Source: Sedimentisphaerales bacterium
GTDB lineage: Bacteria > Planctomycetota > Phycisphaerae > Sedimentisphaerales > SM23-30
Length of the DNA stretch: 64,000 nucleotides
Direction of reading: 5' to 3'
Assembly: GCA_963663965.2 (NCBI GenBank)
Contig: CAXXFK010000025.1
Coordinates: 1-64,000, forward strand
Part shown: positions 39,264 to 49,963 of the stretch, piece after piece
Numbering within the stretch: the first letter of the stretch is position 1
Layout: each line of letters opens with the position of its first letter
Position numbers and translations under genes: made by a program
The notes under the pieces: generated by a model
Database searches by the model: none
Told to the model about the DNA's origin: nothing
What the model saw: only the letters and a program-made list of their open reading frames with translations

Positions 39264-41918
39264 TTATCCCGTCAGTCTGGCCAGCGCCGCGGCGATCTGA
39301 TTTAGTGCGTCCTGGCCGGGCAGCTTCAGCTTAAGCTCCAAACGGCCCTGTTCGTCAGTGGTCAGACATTCCTGCAGGTGGGCCTGAATGGTCTGGCGGC
39401 GCTGTTCGATCGTTTCTTCATTGGCGGTTGACGGCAGGATTTCACCCAGCAGATGAAAGGCCGAGGTCAGCATTTCGCCGGCCGCTTCAGCCACCTTTTC
39501 GCGGCGGGCCACCTGGACGGCTTCCTGTTTTTTCCGTTCCAGTTCGCTGACATCGAGCGGAGCGTCTTCCGGGCGGCCCAGCAAGACTTCCAATCGTCGT
39601 TTCAGCGCTTCGGCGCCGCAGGCCAGATCCACCTGGCTGATATCGCTATTGATATCCAGCGCCGCCAGCGCCACCTCCTTTTTGGCGGCCAGGGTTGTCA
39701 GCATGCCCTCTTCGATAGTGTTTTCGGTCACCAGGATATAGACCTGTACCGGATTTTTCTGGCCCATGCGATGGGCGCGCGCGATCCGCTGTTCCAGGAC
39801 GGCCGGATTCCAGGGCAGATCGACATTGATCACAGTATTGGCCGTTTGCAGATTCAGGCCGGTCGAGCCGGCATTGGTGGTCATAAACAATCGACAATTC
39901 GGATTATGCCGGAAAGCGTATACCAACTGGGCCCGTTTCTTCTGAGGCACCGAACCATCCAGCCGGACAAATTCCATTTTCAGCTTTTTCAGTATTGGCT
40001 CGATCAGATCCAGCATGGTGGTCCATTCCGAAAACAGCACGATCTTATTGTCGGGATCGTTATTCAATTCACCGAGCAGTTCGGCCAGCCGTTCCAGTTT
40101 GGAGGAAAACGACGGGGTTTGTTTATTGACAAGATAGGTGCTGTCCGCGGCCATGCGGCTGAGCAGCAGGGCCTTTTGCAGGCGCAGCAGATCCATTTCG
40201 GAAAGATAGGGTTTATTGATGATCGACTGGATGATCATTCTTTGGGCCCGGGCCAAACTGTATTGCTCATCGGTCGGTTCGATCCGCATGATCTCATCCG
40301 TTCGCGGCGGCAACTGCTTCATGACTTCCGCCCGGGTGCGGCGCAGCAGGATTGGCTTGAGTTTTTCGCGCAGGACATCCATGTTCTTATAGCCCAGCAG
40401 TTTGCCCTTGTCATCTACAATCCGGTGGATATTGAAAAACCGGAATGACGGTCCCAGCCGCCGGTCATCGACAAATTCGACGATGGAAAAAAGGTCATCC
40501 AACCGGTTTTCCAGCGGGGTGCCGGTCAGCGCCAGGGCAAAACGGCTGCGCAGCGATTTGACGATTTGAGAGGTTTTAGCGGCCCAGTTTTTGATCCGCT
40601 GGCCTTCGTCCAGTATGATCAGATCCCATTGGGCCCGTTCAATCGAATCGATATCGCGCATCACCTGTTCATAATTGCAGATCGTAAAGAAGCAACCATT
40701 GTCGTATTGGCCGGCGCGATCGGCGGCGGTACCCAGCACCATCTGGCAATCGCGCTGCGAAAAACGCGTGATTTCGCTGCGCCACTGTGACTTGAGCGAC
40801 GTGGGGCAGATAATCAGTGTCCGTTTCAGGTCCGATTCGCGCGCCAGCAGTTCGGCCACGCCGATACCCTGGATGGTTTTGCCCAGCCCCATATCGTCCG
40901 CCAGGATGGCCCGGCCCGCCCCGGCGGCAAAGGCGATGCCATCCAGTTGATAAGGCAGCAGTTCGGTTTTGAGCAGCGTTTTTCGCAACGGATGTCCGGC
41001 CGGATTTTTACGGATCGATTCCGTCAATTGGGTCAGGTGTTTCTGATGCAGCAGAAAATCGATATATTCCTGGGCGTCAGGATAGATCAACACGTTCTGT
41101 CCGGCCGCTTCGAGCTGACGGACACCGTTCAACAACCGGGTTACATTGTTTACCGTGCGATTGGCAATGGGCTTGACTATCGCGGCCGATTCGGAATCCA
41201 TGGTTTCCGGTGTCAGCAATCGCAATTGTAATGTTTCACCGTAAGCGATATGGACGGCGAAATCTTTCTGGCGATAGGGCCGGTTGTGTGTACTGGCGCT
41301 GAACAGGCGTTCGGCCCGGCTCTGCACTTTCATGATATGCTTGCAGGTACCCAGCGTGTTCTTGCGGAAATCCGGGCACGAACAAAAAGAATCGCCCCGG
41401 CTCCAGCCTCGCAGCGCTACCCGATAACTTTTGCCCGACAATGAGTTGGTAACGATATAATCGGTCCAGAGAATTTTGGGATTGGTACTGGTGATCTTCA
41501 TGCGTTCGGTTCGCGCCCGTTCCTGACGGTCTTCCAGGGCGCGCGCGATCAGGTCAGCCTCGTTGAGGCTCTCCGCCGGAATCCGCTCAACCGGCGGCCG
41601 GGCCAGACCCAGCACGGTCTTTTCTTCCAGAATCAACGCGAACGCCGCGCCAATATGCTCGCAGACCCCCTGGCAGCGATCGCATTGGAAATTCAGCCGC
41701 CGTTTGGCATCGGCCATCAGCGTGATGGTGACTACGGCCCCTTCGACCGAAAACCGGAACAGATCGTCGCCCAGGTATACATTCTCTTCGATCGAGTTAA
41801 ATCCCAGCTTACCGCCCTGGATAATCAGTTTATCGCCCTCCGGTCCCAACAGTCTGGCGGCCTGATAAGGCGTTAAACGCGATAACCGGTCTCTGAGCGT
41901 CAATTCTTTTTTAGCCAT
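39264..41918 (-). CDS. SWIM zinc-finger SNF2-family helicase
   Basis: CSCPDF....LGTCKH; ADDMGLGKT; ILDEGQRIKN; LTGTPLEN; WNPAVLEQRIARAHRMGQ. Confidence 0.92.
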   Translation of the reverse strand: MAKKELTLRDRLSRLTPYQAARLLGPEGDKLIIQGGKLGFNSIEENVYLGDDLFRFSVEGAVVTITLMADAKRRLNFQCDRCQGVCEHIGAAFALILEEKTVLGLARPPVERIPAESLNEADLIARALEDRQERARTERMKITSTNPKILWTDYIVTNSLSGKSYRVALRGWSRGDSFCSCPDFRKNTLGTCKHIMKVQSRAERLFSASTHNRPYRQKDFAVHIAYGETLQLRLLTPETMDSESAAIVKPIANRTVNNVTRLLNGVRQLEAAGQNVLIYPDAQEYIDFLLHQKHLTQLTESIRKNPAGHPLRKTLLKTELLPYQLDGIAFAAGAGRAILADDMGLGKTIQGIGVAELLARESDLKRTLIICPTSLKSQWRSEITRFSQRDCQMVLGTAADRAGQYDNGCFFTICNYEQVMRDIDSIERAQWDLIILDEGQRIKNWAAKTSQIVKSLRSRFALALTGTPLENRLDDLFSIVEFVDDRRLGPSFRFFNIHRIVDDKGKLLGYKNMDVLREKLKPILLRRTRAEVMKQLPPRTDEIMRIEPTDEQYSLARAQRMIIQSIINKPYLSEMDLLRLQKALLLSRMAADSTYLVNKQTPSFSSKLERLAELLGELNNDPDNKIVLFSEWTTMLDLIEPILKKLKMEFVRLDGSVPQKKRAQLVYAFRHNPNCRLFMTTNAGSTGLNLQTANTVINVDLPWNPAVLEQRIARAHRMGQKNPVQVYILVTENTIEEGMLTTLAAKKEVALAALDINSDISQVDLACGAEALKRRLEVLLGRPEDAPLDVSELERKKQEAVQVARREKVAEAAGEMLTSAFHLLGEILPSTANEETIEQRRQTIQAHLQECLTTDEQGRLELKLKLPGQDALNQIAAALARLTG

Positions 41919-42145
41919 TGGATTAAGCCTGTTCAATATAAGTTAGAGATATGCCCGTCAGATCTCGACAGTAAAAGATAATCAGGAACGTTTTATCTGA
42001 TAGGTATAAATGACCTGAATAGCCCTGTCAATTCAAAATCGAAGATAACTTTCCACGTGCATTTACCGGTGAAGTGTGGTATATGGTGTCGGAACTCGAC
42101 AGATGATGATCGATAAAATAACTGCCTAACAAAAGGGATTATTAT

Positions 42146-43822
42146 ATGCCTCCCCAATTTGTCTTCGAAATGAAAGATGTCAGCAAGCGCTACGGCGATA
42201 AGGAAGTGCTCAAAAACATCTGGCTCTCATTCTTTTACGGCGCAAAAATCGGTGTCATTGGCGAAAACGGCGCCGGCAAGAGCACCCTGCTCAAAATCAT
42301 GGCCGGGCTCGATAAGGATATCTTTGGCGAGGCGCGGCTGGCGCCTAAAATGAAACTGCATTATGTTGCCCAGGAGCCCGAACTGGCCCTGGAGCAAACC
42401 GTACGCGAAAACCTCCAACTGGCCATCAAACCCATTCTGGATATGGTTGACCGGTTTAATCTGATCGCTGAAAAAATGGGCGATCCCGGCCCGGATGATG
42501 ATCTCGATAAACTCATGGAAGAGATGGGCAATCTGCAGGATAAAATCGACGCCTGCGATGGCTGGGAAACCGACCGCATGATCGATATGGTTTCCGATGC
42601 CATGGTGTTGCCGCCGGATGATACCCCGATTAAACAGCTCTCCGGTGGCGAACGCCGGCGCGTTGCTCTGAGTATGGCCCTGTTGGAAAAACCCGACCTG
42701 CTCCTGCTGGATGAGCCGACCAACCATCTCGACGCCGAAACGGTTCAGTGGCTCGAAACCGCCCTGCGCGATTATCCCGGTACGGTGATCATTGTGACGC
42801 ACGACCGCTATTTCCTGGATAACATTACCAGATGGATTCTTGAACTGGATAACGGCCGCGGCTTGCCGTTCGAAGGCAATTATTCTTCCTGGCTCGCTCA
42901 GAAAGCCGAACTGCTGCGGGTGGCCGAAAAACAGGAATCGCAGCGCCAGAAAACCCTCGCGCGCGAACTGGAATGGATCAATACCTCGGTGCGCGCCCGC
43001 AACCAGAAAAACCAGGCCCGTATCGATGCCTACCAGAAACTCGCCGGCCAGTCCGGCGCCATCGATACCCGTGGCGACGTGGTCATCCAGATCCCATCCG
43101 GCCAGCGGCTTGGCGAGAAAGTGCTGTCCTTTACGGATGTCTGTAAAAGTTATGGTGACAACCTGCTGATTGATCAATGCACCTTCGAACTGCCGCCCAA
43201 CGGCATTGTCGGGGTCATCGGCCCCAACGGTATTGGTAAAACCACCCTGTTCCGTCTGATCACCGGCCAGGAGCAACCCGATTCCGGTTCCATCGAGTTG
43301 GGATCAACCGTATCGATCGGCTATGTCGATCAGCATCGGGATGCGCTGGCTGACCAGAAAACCATTTTTGAAGAAATCGCCGACGGTCTGGATACCATTG
43401 ACGTCGGCGGCGCGTCCGTGGCCGCCCGCGCTTATGTGGCCCGCTTCAATTTCCGTGGTTCCCAGCAGCAGAAAAAAGTCTCGCAGTGCTCCGGCGGCGA
43501 GCGCAACCGCATCCACCTGGCCAAAATGCTCCGGCGTGGCGGCAACCTGCTCCTGCTGGATGAACCCACCAACGATCTTGATGTCAACACCATGCGCGTG
43601 CTCGAACAGGCCATTATCGACTTCCAGGGCTGCGCCATGGTCATCAGCCACGACCGTTTCTTCCTCGACCGCATCTGCACCCATCTATTGATCTTTGAAG
43701 GCAACGGCAAAACCCAGTGGTTCCAGGGCAACTTCAGCGCCTACGAAGAAAAAATCCAGAAAGAAAATCCCGATCGCCTGGCCCATCGCCGGGGCAAATA
43801 CAGGCAGATCAAGCTGCGGTAA
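42146..43822 (+). CDS. ettA: ABC-F translational throttle EttA
   Basis: LSFFYGAKIGVIGENGAGKST; two ABC domains; PFEGNYSSWL; LARELEWI. Confidence 0.9.
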   Translation: MPPQFVFEMKDVSKRYGDKEVLKNIWLSFFYGAKIGVIGENGAGKSTLLKIMAGLDKDIFGEARLAPKMKLHYVAQEPELALEQTVRENLQLAIKPILDMVDRFNLIAEKMGDPGPDDDLDKLMEEMGNLQDKIDACDGWETDRMIDMVSDAMVLPPDDTPIKQLSGGERRRVALSMALLEKPDLLLLDEPTNHLDAETVQWLETALRDYPGTVIIVTHDRYFLDNITRWILELDNGRGLPFEGNYSSWLAQKAELLRVAEKQESQRQKTLARELEWINTSVRARNQKNQARIDAYQKLAGQSGAIDTRGDVVIQIPSGQRLGEKVLSFTDVCKSYGDNLLIDQCTFELPPNGIVGVIGPNGIGKTTLFRLITGQEQPDSGSIELGSTVSIGYVDQHRDALADQKTIFEEIADGLDTIDVGGASVAARAYVARFNFRGSQQQKKVSQCSGGERNRIHLAKMLRRGGNLLLLDEPTNDLDVNTMRVLEQAIIDFQGCAMVISHDRFFLDRICTHLLIFEGNGKTQWFQGNFSAYEEKIQKENPDRLAHRRGKYRQIKLR

Positions 43823-43896
43823 TAACTATCGAATTCACTGATACTGTTTTTCTGTTATCAGCGGATCCATCGTTTAAAATGGGTGACCAGACGATA

Positions 43897-44510
43897 CTAT
43901 TCGCCCGAATAATTATCACGAGTTTCCGTTTTATTCAAATGGGAATTCCCAACCAGCAGCAGGGCGGGCAGCAGGATCACGTCGCCCGCCAGCGCCGCGA
44001 CAAATCCCACGCAGGCGTAAAACCCGAAATGGTGATACCCCTTTAGCGCACTGAAGAAAAGCCCGGCAAAACTGAATACAAAGATCAGGGTCGTACTGAT
44101 AATTGCCTTACCGACAGTATGAAACGTATTCAGGATCGCTGCCTCTGGCGAATGGTTCTTGCGAAGTTCTTGACGGTAGCGCGAAATAAAATGAATCGTA
44201 TCGTCCACCGCTATCCCCAGGCAGATGGTAAACAAAATGGCATCAGCGACCGTGAATGGCTGACTGGAAAGAACGATACAGGTGCTGATGACCACCAGCG
44301 GAAAAATATTGGGAATCAGGCAGATCGGGCCAAAGCGCCACGAACGAAATTCAATCAGCATAACCAGGGTAATAATTACCACCGCCAGACCCAGCGATTG
44401 ACCCAGGTCGGAGATCATGTTATGTACCATCTGTGCGTGTAACAGGGTTTCACCGGTGAGTTTAATGGTCATATCGGGGTATGCCTTGTTCAGCTCGGTC
44501 AGTTTGTGTA
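43897..44510 (-). pseudogene. C-terminal fragment of an MMPL/RND-family transporter
   Basis: LIPNIFP, ICLGIAVDDTIHF..RY, VGKAII.TT, DVILLPALL; only the last TM bundle remains and the frame is closed upstream. Confidence 0.75.
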
Positions 44511-44553
44511 ATTACTTCAGCTTACCAGATATTTTAATGGTCCCGAACTTTTT

Positions 44554-44656
44554 ATCCTGTTGGTCCTGTGATCCTGTCTAAATGGCTGTTAACCTTCGTG
44601 GCTTCGTGGCTTTGTGTGAACTATTTCTTCTTTGGTTGCGGTTTGACCGCCCTGTG
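44554..44656. repeat. Cluster of short tandem repeats plus a small hairpin (REP/MITE-like)
   Basis: (A/G)TCCTGT x3 at 44554-44577; CTTCGTGG-CTTCGTGG-CTTTGTGT at 44594-44617; GCGGT-TTG-ACCGC at 44638-44650. Confidence 0.6.
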
Positions 44657-44687
44657 AAATCTTATGCGTTTTTATCCGGTAGGACAT

Positions 44688-44716
44688 AAAAAAAAGCGCT
44701 CAATTTAGAGCGCCTT
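44688..44716 (-). terminator. Intrinsic terminator of the PEP-CTERM gene
   Basis: Minus strand GCGCTC-loop-GAGCGC followed by a T run. Confidence 0.75.
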
Positions 44717-44743
44717 CATTCTTTACCAAAGAGTTATAGTCTT

Positions 44744-45298
44744 TTATTTCAATCGCCGCTTAATTCCGGCAATCCCAGCCACTCCCATCAGGGCCAGACT
44801 CACACTGACAGGCTCCGGTACAATGGGAGGAGATGGAGTCGTTGTTGTGGGGTTCCAGGCGGAAATATGTGACAAGCCCGCATATTGGTCACCGCCATTC
44901 TTAAGCAAATCCATTTCTGTTGTCCATGTTCCGCTGCTGGCGCCACCAACATTAATCAATGCGAATTTATTGCCGGCTACAACCGTAATATAATCGACGG
45001 TTACGGATGAATCGACTAATTCCCAGGTGCCAGTCGTACCATTATTGACTGGTATGGAAATAACATTCCCTTCATCGCTTTTGCCATAGGATGAAAAATC
45101 AATTCCTGATTCAATTTCAAAATCGGTTTGTTCTGTTACTGGTTTACCAGCAATATCTTTTGCAACATCGTTACCCGAATAGATGCGGTTTCCATCTTCT
45201 ATGCCAATGAAGGTAGGATTCGCCAATAAACTTGAGCCTATACAAAAACAGAGTATTAATGTGCCTTGCCTGATTATTTTTTTATTAAACATTTTCAT
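44744..45298 (-). CDS. PEP-CTERM sorting-domain protein
   Basis: Signal peptide; Thr/Pro linker; VPEP + hydrophobic helix + KRR. Confidence 0.88.
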   Translation of the reverse strand: MKMFNKKIIRQGTLILCFCIGSSLLANPTFIGIEDGNRIYSGNDVAKDIAGKPVTEQTDFEIESGIDFSSYGKSDEGNVISIPVNNGTTGTWELVDSSVTVDYITVVAGNKFALINVGGASSGTWTTEMDLLKNGGDQYAGLSHISAWNPTTTTPSPPIVPEPVSVSLALMGVAGIAGIKRRLK

Positions 45299-45553
45299 AA
45301 ATAAATCACTCCTCTTGCTGTTTTATCTTTTTTCCAACTACTGCTGAAAAACATTCACTAAAAGATTTTAACATTACATTCAATTCACCTGCATATTTAT
45401 ATTAGAGATTAGAAAATAAAGGAAATCCAGTAATCAGGTGTTTTATGCATAGTATATCAAAAAAAAGATGGTTTTATTTTATAAAGCCATCTTTTTTTGG
45501 AGATCATCAGAGTTATATCTTGAATCATTTAAACGAGTTGTGAGTCCTATTAC

Positions 45554-48430
45554 CTATTTTTCGGTTTTCTCTGATTTTTTAAACAGGGTATTCAATAAAC
45601 CTTCTTTTTTGGTCGGCCCGGATCCGATAGCCTTAATCAGGAAATCTTCATACTTCCGATAACGTGACAACGTCTTGACATCCCCGCCCAGTCCGTGGCC
45701 GCCCGTTGGGTCCAGAAACAGGTCGACCAGCGTCTCTTTGCCGGCCTTGAGCAGTTCCCGATAGACATTCACCGTGTCCTGATACAGCACATTGGAATCC
45801 TCCATGCCATGCACCAGCAGCAGTTTCCCTTTCAGGTTCTTGGCCAGCGGTAACAGCGAGAATTCCTTCAGCGTCGCTTTACCCGGATCGCTGATCCCGA
45901 TCGTCCGGGCCGTATACCACGAGTTATAGTTCTCCCACTCGGTCGGCCCGGCGCCGGCAATACCCGCCGCAAACACATCCGGTTCGGTATACATGCACAT
46001 CTGCGTCTGGAACCCGCCAAAGCTCCAGCCATGGATCGCCACCCGTTTCGGATCGGCGCCATATTTTTCCACCAGGTACTTCACGCCATCAACCAGATCC
46101 TCCACCTGTGGCTGACCCACCTGGCCAAAGTTCGCCTTTTCAAATACGCCTGCGTAACCGCTGTTACCCCGCGGATCGATGGTACAGGCAATATAACCAT
46201 GTTTCTTCGCCATGTAATACGGAAAGGCATACGCGCTGCCGTAATAATTCCCTTCCACCACCTGCTTGCGGGTACCCAGTGGGCCACCGTAAAAATAGAT
46301 CAGCAGCGGCCGCTGGTCATCCTTGCTCCAGTCATCCGGTAAAAACGTCTGGCCGTAAATCGTATGCCCGTGTCGATTGGGATAATCGAAAAAGGTGGGT
46401 TGCGGTTTGATAAATTCCCGCGCCTCATCCGGATGCGAATCGGTCAGGGTTTTATCGGTGTCTTTTTTCGTATCAAGATAAATCAATTCCTGCAAACGCG
46501 CGTAGCTGACCAGGTTGGTCAATACCCTGGTGCCGTCCGGACTCACGGCCGCCGAACTGTGAACGCCGCGATCACGCGTCAGTCTTGTCATTTTACCGCT
46601 GTCTGTAGCCACTTTATAAATATCCAGTCGACTGGGATGTTCTTTGGTCGCGCTGACAAATATCCATTTCCGATCCTTCGAAATTTCGATCGGGTACACC
46701 TCAAATGGCCCTTCGGTCAGCGGGGTAAAGCTTTCATAAAGCGGGTCAAGCTTGTTCAAATGCCGAAAACCGGTCTGTTCACTCAGATAAACGATCGTCT
46801 GGTTGTCGGCCAGATAATAGAGATCCATCATATCCGGGGTGTTCGGCCCGCCGTTATGCAGAAATTCATAGATCTGCCGGGCTTTATCCGGCTTGGCCTT
46901 TTCTTCTTTCTTCTCTGCTGGATCTTCATTGTTATCTTTGGCTTCTTCTTTGGTCTCAACTTCCTTGGTCGTTTCGAAAATGGCCTCAAAAAACCGGACC
47001 AGCCGGGTGTCTTCATGGTAATCCATAAAGACGATCTGTTGCGAATCGCCCGACCAGGCCAGACCCCGCAAAATATCGCTGGGATAATGGGTTTTGGTCA
47101 TAAACACTTCCGTCAGCTCATCTTTTTCCGTACCGGTCTCATCGATGCGATACAGGTACACGCGCCGTTCGTATTCGCCCAGTTCATCATCAGAAACCTG
47201 ACGGTTGACTTCGTTGGATTTCATCAGCCGGCCGCGGTAATTGGCAATCTCTACCGAGCTGGATTTGCCGGCCTTGACCTCTTTGCCGGTCATAAAGGCA
47301 ACACGCTTTCCATCCGGACTGATCTCATAACCATCCATCTCTTCGCCATTCGAAAATTTCGGATCGATCTGTTGCTGCCGGCCCGTTTCCAGATCGACTT
47401 TCATCAGGACCGACCCCAGCAGATAACTGATACCCTTGCCGTCAGGCAGCCAGCTGACATTCCGTTCTCCCTCGCGTGTCTGGGTCAGGCGTTCGATTTT
47501 CCCCCCTTCGATCTGGTAACGGTAGACATCGCCGCCCGATACCAGCAGTAACGCATTCTCTGTCGGGGAAAATTCAAACGCGTTCACTCCGCCATAACGC
47601 GGCGCGTCTTTGGCATCGGCGTCCTTATCATCTACCCAGTCACCCCGCAGTTTGCGGGCCTCCAGATCATCGGTCTTCACTTCTTCTTTTCCGGCTTCTT
47701 TTTCCTGAGTTTTATCGTTGTTTTCTTTTATCGTGTCTTTTTCTTTTTTCCGAACCTTCTTATCTGATTGCCGCTGGTCTTTTTGGGCGGCTTTCTTATC
47801 AGCCTGCTGATCGTCCGCGACGGTATCCTCGAAATCACTCGGCGCTACGGCGTCAGTTTTCTTTACTTTTTTTTGTTTATTATTACGCTCTTTTTGTTTT
47901 TTATCCTGCTTCTCCTTCTTGACTTTTTGTTTCTGGTTTTTCTTGTTCTTTTTGACTTTTTCGTCTTTCTTTTCTATCTGGATTTTATCTTCGTCTTTCG
48001 TCTGCTCTTTTCCCGTTTCAACTTTGGCTGGTTCTTCTTTTTTATCACCCTTGGCCGCTTTTTTTACCTTTGCGATCCGATCTTCCACCACTTTGCGGGC
48101 GCTCTCCTGAAACTCCGCCATCACCGAAGCCATCGTCACCCGGATCAACTCGCCATTCTGTGTATCGTAAAGATACAAATCGTTCCCGTGCCGCCGCTCG
48201 TCATAAGGACGATACAACCACGCGCCGTAACGCCCGTCATACGAAAACGCCGGTGATGAAACACTGGTCCCAAACACGCTCTTTTCCGGAAACAACTCCT
48301 CAAGCTTCAGTTCCTTTTTGGTTTCCTTAACAACGTCGGAGCCCTTGTTTTTTTCGGCCGATTCGGCAAAGATCAATCCGGTTAAAGCTAAAATAGCAAA
48401 TACGCTGACTAGTTTTCTGAATTGTGCCAT
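45554..48430 (-). CDS. Secreted S9 peptidase (dipeptidyl peptidase IV-like)
   Basis: YFYGGP, IDPRG, HGWSFGG, HGMEDSNV, GGHG; beta-propeller with K/E-rich inserts. Confidence 0.9.
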   Translation of the reverse strand: MAQFRKLVSVFAILALTGLIFAESAEKNKGSDVVKETKKELKLEELFPEKSVFGTSVSSPAFSYDGRYGAWLYRPYDERRHGNDLYLYDTQNGELIRVTMASVMAEFQESARKVVEDRIAKVKKAAKGDKKEEPAKVETGKEQTKDEDKIQIEKKDEKVKKNKKNQKQKVKKEKQDKKQKERNNKQKKVKKTDAVAPSDFEDTVADDQQADKKAAQKDQRQSDKKVRKKEKDTIKENNDKTQEKEAGKEEVKTDDLEARKLRGDWVDDKDADAKDAPRYGGVNAFEFSPTENALLLVSGGDVYRYQIEGGKIERLTQTREGERNVSWLPDGKGISYLLGSVLMKVDLETGRQQQIDPKFSNGEEMDGYEISPDGKRVAFMTGKEVKAGKSSSVEIANYRGRLMKSNEVNRQVSDDELGEYERRVYLYRIDETGTEKDELTEVFMTKTHYPSDILRGLAWSGDSQQIVFMDYHEDTRLVRFFEAIFETTKEVETKEEAKDNNEDPAEKKEEKAKPDKARQIYEFLHNGGPNTPDMMDLYYLADNQTIVYLSEQTGFRHLNKLDPLYESFTPLTEGPFEVYPIEISKDRKWIFVSATKEHPSRLDIYKVATDSGKMTRLTRDRGVHSSAAVSPDGTRVLTNLVSYARLQELIYLDTKKDTDKTLTDSHPDEAREFIKPQPTFFDYPNRHGHTIYGQTFLPDDWSKDDQRPLLIYFYGGPLGTRKQVVEGNYYGSAYAFPYYMAKKHGYIACTIDPRGNSGYAGVFEKANFGQVGQPQVEDLVDGVKYLVEKYGADPKRVAIHGWSFGGFQTQMCMYTEPDVFAAGIAGAGPTEWENYNSWYTARTIGISDPGKATLKEFSLLPLAKNLKGKLLLVHGMEDSNVLYQDTVNVYRELLKAGKETLVDLFLDPTGGHGLGGDVKTLSRYRKYEDFLIKAIGSGPTKKEGLLNTLFKKSEKTEK

Positions 48431-48556
48431 AAAGTAAGACTCCTGTTCATATCTTCAATGAGAGTTATAAATAATCGGTTGGTAATCAATCAAATTAAAC
48501 AATGGATAGGCAGATTGGAATGACGTTAGGGGCTGATTCGCAGACATATCAGGTTT

Positions 48557-49963
48557 TTACCTGACCGGCGTCAAACGCAATATGACATCCGGACTGTTCA
48601 ATACTACATAAATGGCTCCATCAGGTCCGCAAGCCACATCGCGGACCCGGCCGGCATTTTTCAGGATCACCTCATCATGCAACACCCGCCGGTCTTTGAT
48701 ATCCAGCAGCCGCACCTCCTCATAACGCAACGCGGTTACCAGCAGATGGTTATTCCATTTATCGAACAGCTTGCCCCGGTAAAAATCAATCCCGCAGACG
48801 GCAATCGAAGGCCGCCAGTAGAGTACCGGCTGGGCCATTCCCGCCTTTTCGGTCTCCTCGGTGATAATACTGCCGTCGTAATTACGGCCATAGGTAATCA
48901 CTGGCCAGCCATAATTGGCCCCACCCGTAATCAGATTCAATTCATCGCCGCCAAACGGCCCGTGCTCCGATTCCCATAAATCGCCCGTAACAGGATGTAC
49001 TGCCAGCCCCTGTGGATTACGGTTGCCATAACAGTAGATGGTTGGGAGGGTATTTATCAGACCCACAAATGGATTATCCGAGGGAACGGAACCATCTTTA
49101 TAAATCCGGTGAATCTTGCCGTTTGGCCGGCTCAGGTCCTGCGCGTGTTCCGAATAACCCCGTTCGCCAATTCCAAAATACAGATACCGGTCATCAAATA
49201 CAATTCGACACCCATAATGGTGGCGCGTGGTCAGATACGAATCATGGGGCGCCTCGAAAATCACTTCTTCATTCACCCAGGTATTTTCTTTGATTTTTCC
49301 TCGCACCAGCCGTGTCATGGCGCCGGGTCGCCCGCCGCTGCTGCTCAGGACATGGCTGTAAGACAGATACACCCAGCCATTCGTTCGATAATCCGGGTCC
49401 ACGGCCACATCCAGCAGCCCGCCCTGACCTTCATGCAACACCGCCGGGGTTCCTGCCACCGGCTCTGGCAGCAACTTGCCATTGATCACTTGTCGCAGCC
49501 TCCCTGGTCTTTCTGTCACCAGCGCGTGATTCGCGTTGATAAAATCGATACCCCACGGGATTGCCAGTCTTTCCGCCCAGACGCTTACCTCAATGTCATA
49601 ATCGTATGTTTGTAATCGGGTTGGCAGCGGTGGCCGCTCTACGCCGGCCTCAGACTCCGAAGCCAGTAAATAATCGATAACCTGGTTAATCTCCTGATCG
49701 GACAACGCCTTTTGATAGGATGGCATGCCCACATGAGTGATCCCGTATTTGATATTGCGGAATATCTGATCCCGCCCGCTGCCATGCTGCCAGATCTTAT
49801 CCACCAGACTCTGGGCATTACCGCCCTGCAAGCGTGCCCCATGGCACGAAGCGCACTTGTCCTGATAAAACCCAGCCCCTGGCGGTACTTCGGCCCCATT
49901 GACAACCGGTGTCAGAAGTGCAAGTATTGTCCACATCAGGTTGAGTTGTATCATCTGTTTCAT
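48557..49963 (-). CDS. Cytochrome c fused to a PQQ-dependent soluble sugar dehydrogenase (GSDH family)
   Basis: CASCHG...MP; LVTERPGRL, GQGGLLDV, H(Y)G.RI, YGNRNPQG, SEHGP.GGDELN, GRVRDV. Confidence 0.88.
   Translation of the reverse strand: MKQMIQLNLMWTILALLTPVVNGAEVPPGAGFYQDKCASCHGARLQGGNAQSLVDKIWQHGSGRDQIFRNIKYGITHVGMPSYQKALSDQEINQVIDYLLASESEAGVERPPLPTRLQTYDYDIEVSVWAERLAIPWGIDFINANHALVTERPGRLRQVINGKLLPEPVAGTPAVLHEGQGGLLDVAVDPDYRTNGWVYLSYSHVLSSSGGRPGAMTRLVRGKIKENTWVNEEVIFEAPHDSYLTTRHHYGCRIVFDDRYLYFGIGERGYSEHAQDLSRPNGKIHRIYKDGSVPSDNPFVGLINTLPTIYCYGNRNPQGLAVHPVTGDLWESEHGPFGGDELNLITGGANYGWPVITYGRNYDGSIITEETEKAGMAQPVLYWRPSIAVCGIDFYRGKLFDKWNNHLLVTALRYEEVRLLDIKDRRVLHDEVILKNAGRVRDVACGPDGAIYVVLNSPDVILRLTPVR

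Noticed and set aside
39264..41918. SWIM-SNF2 helicase as an anti-phage system
   Set aside because: Stand-alone gene between dcp and ettA with no defence-associated partners visible.
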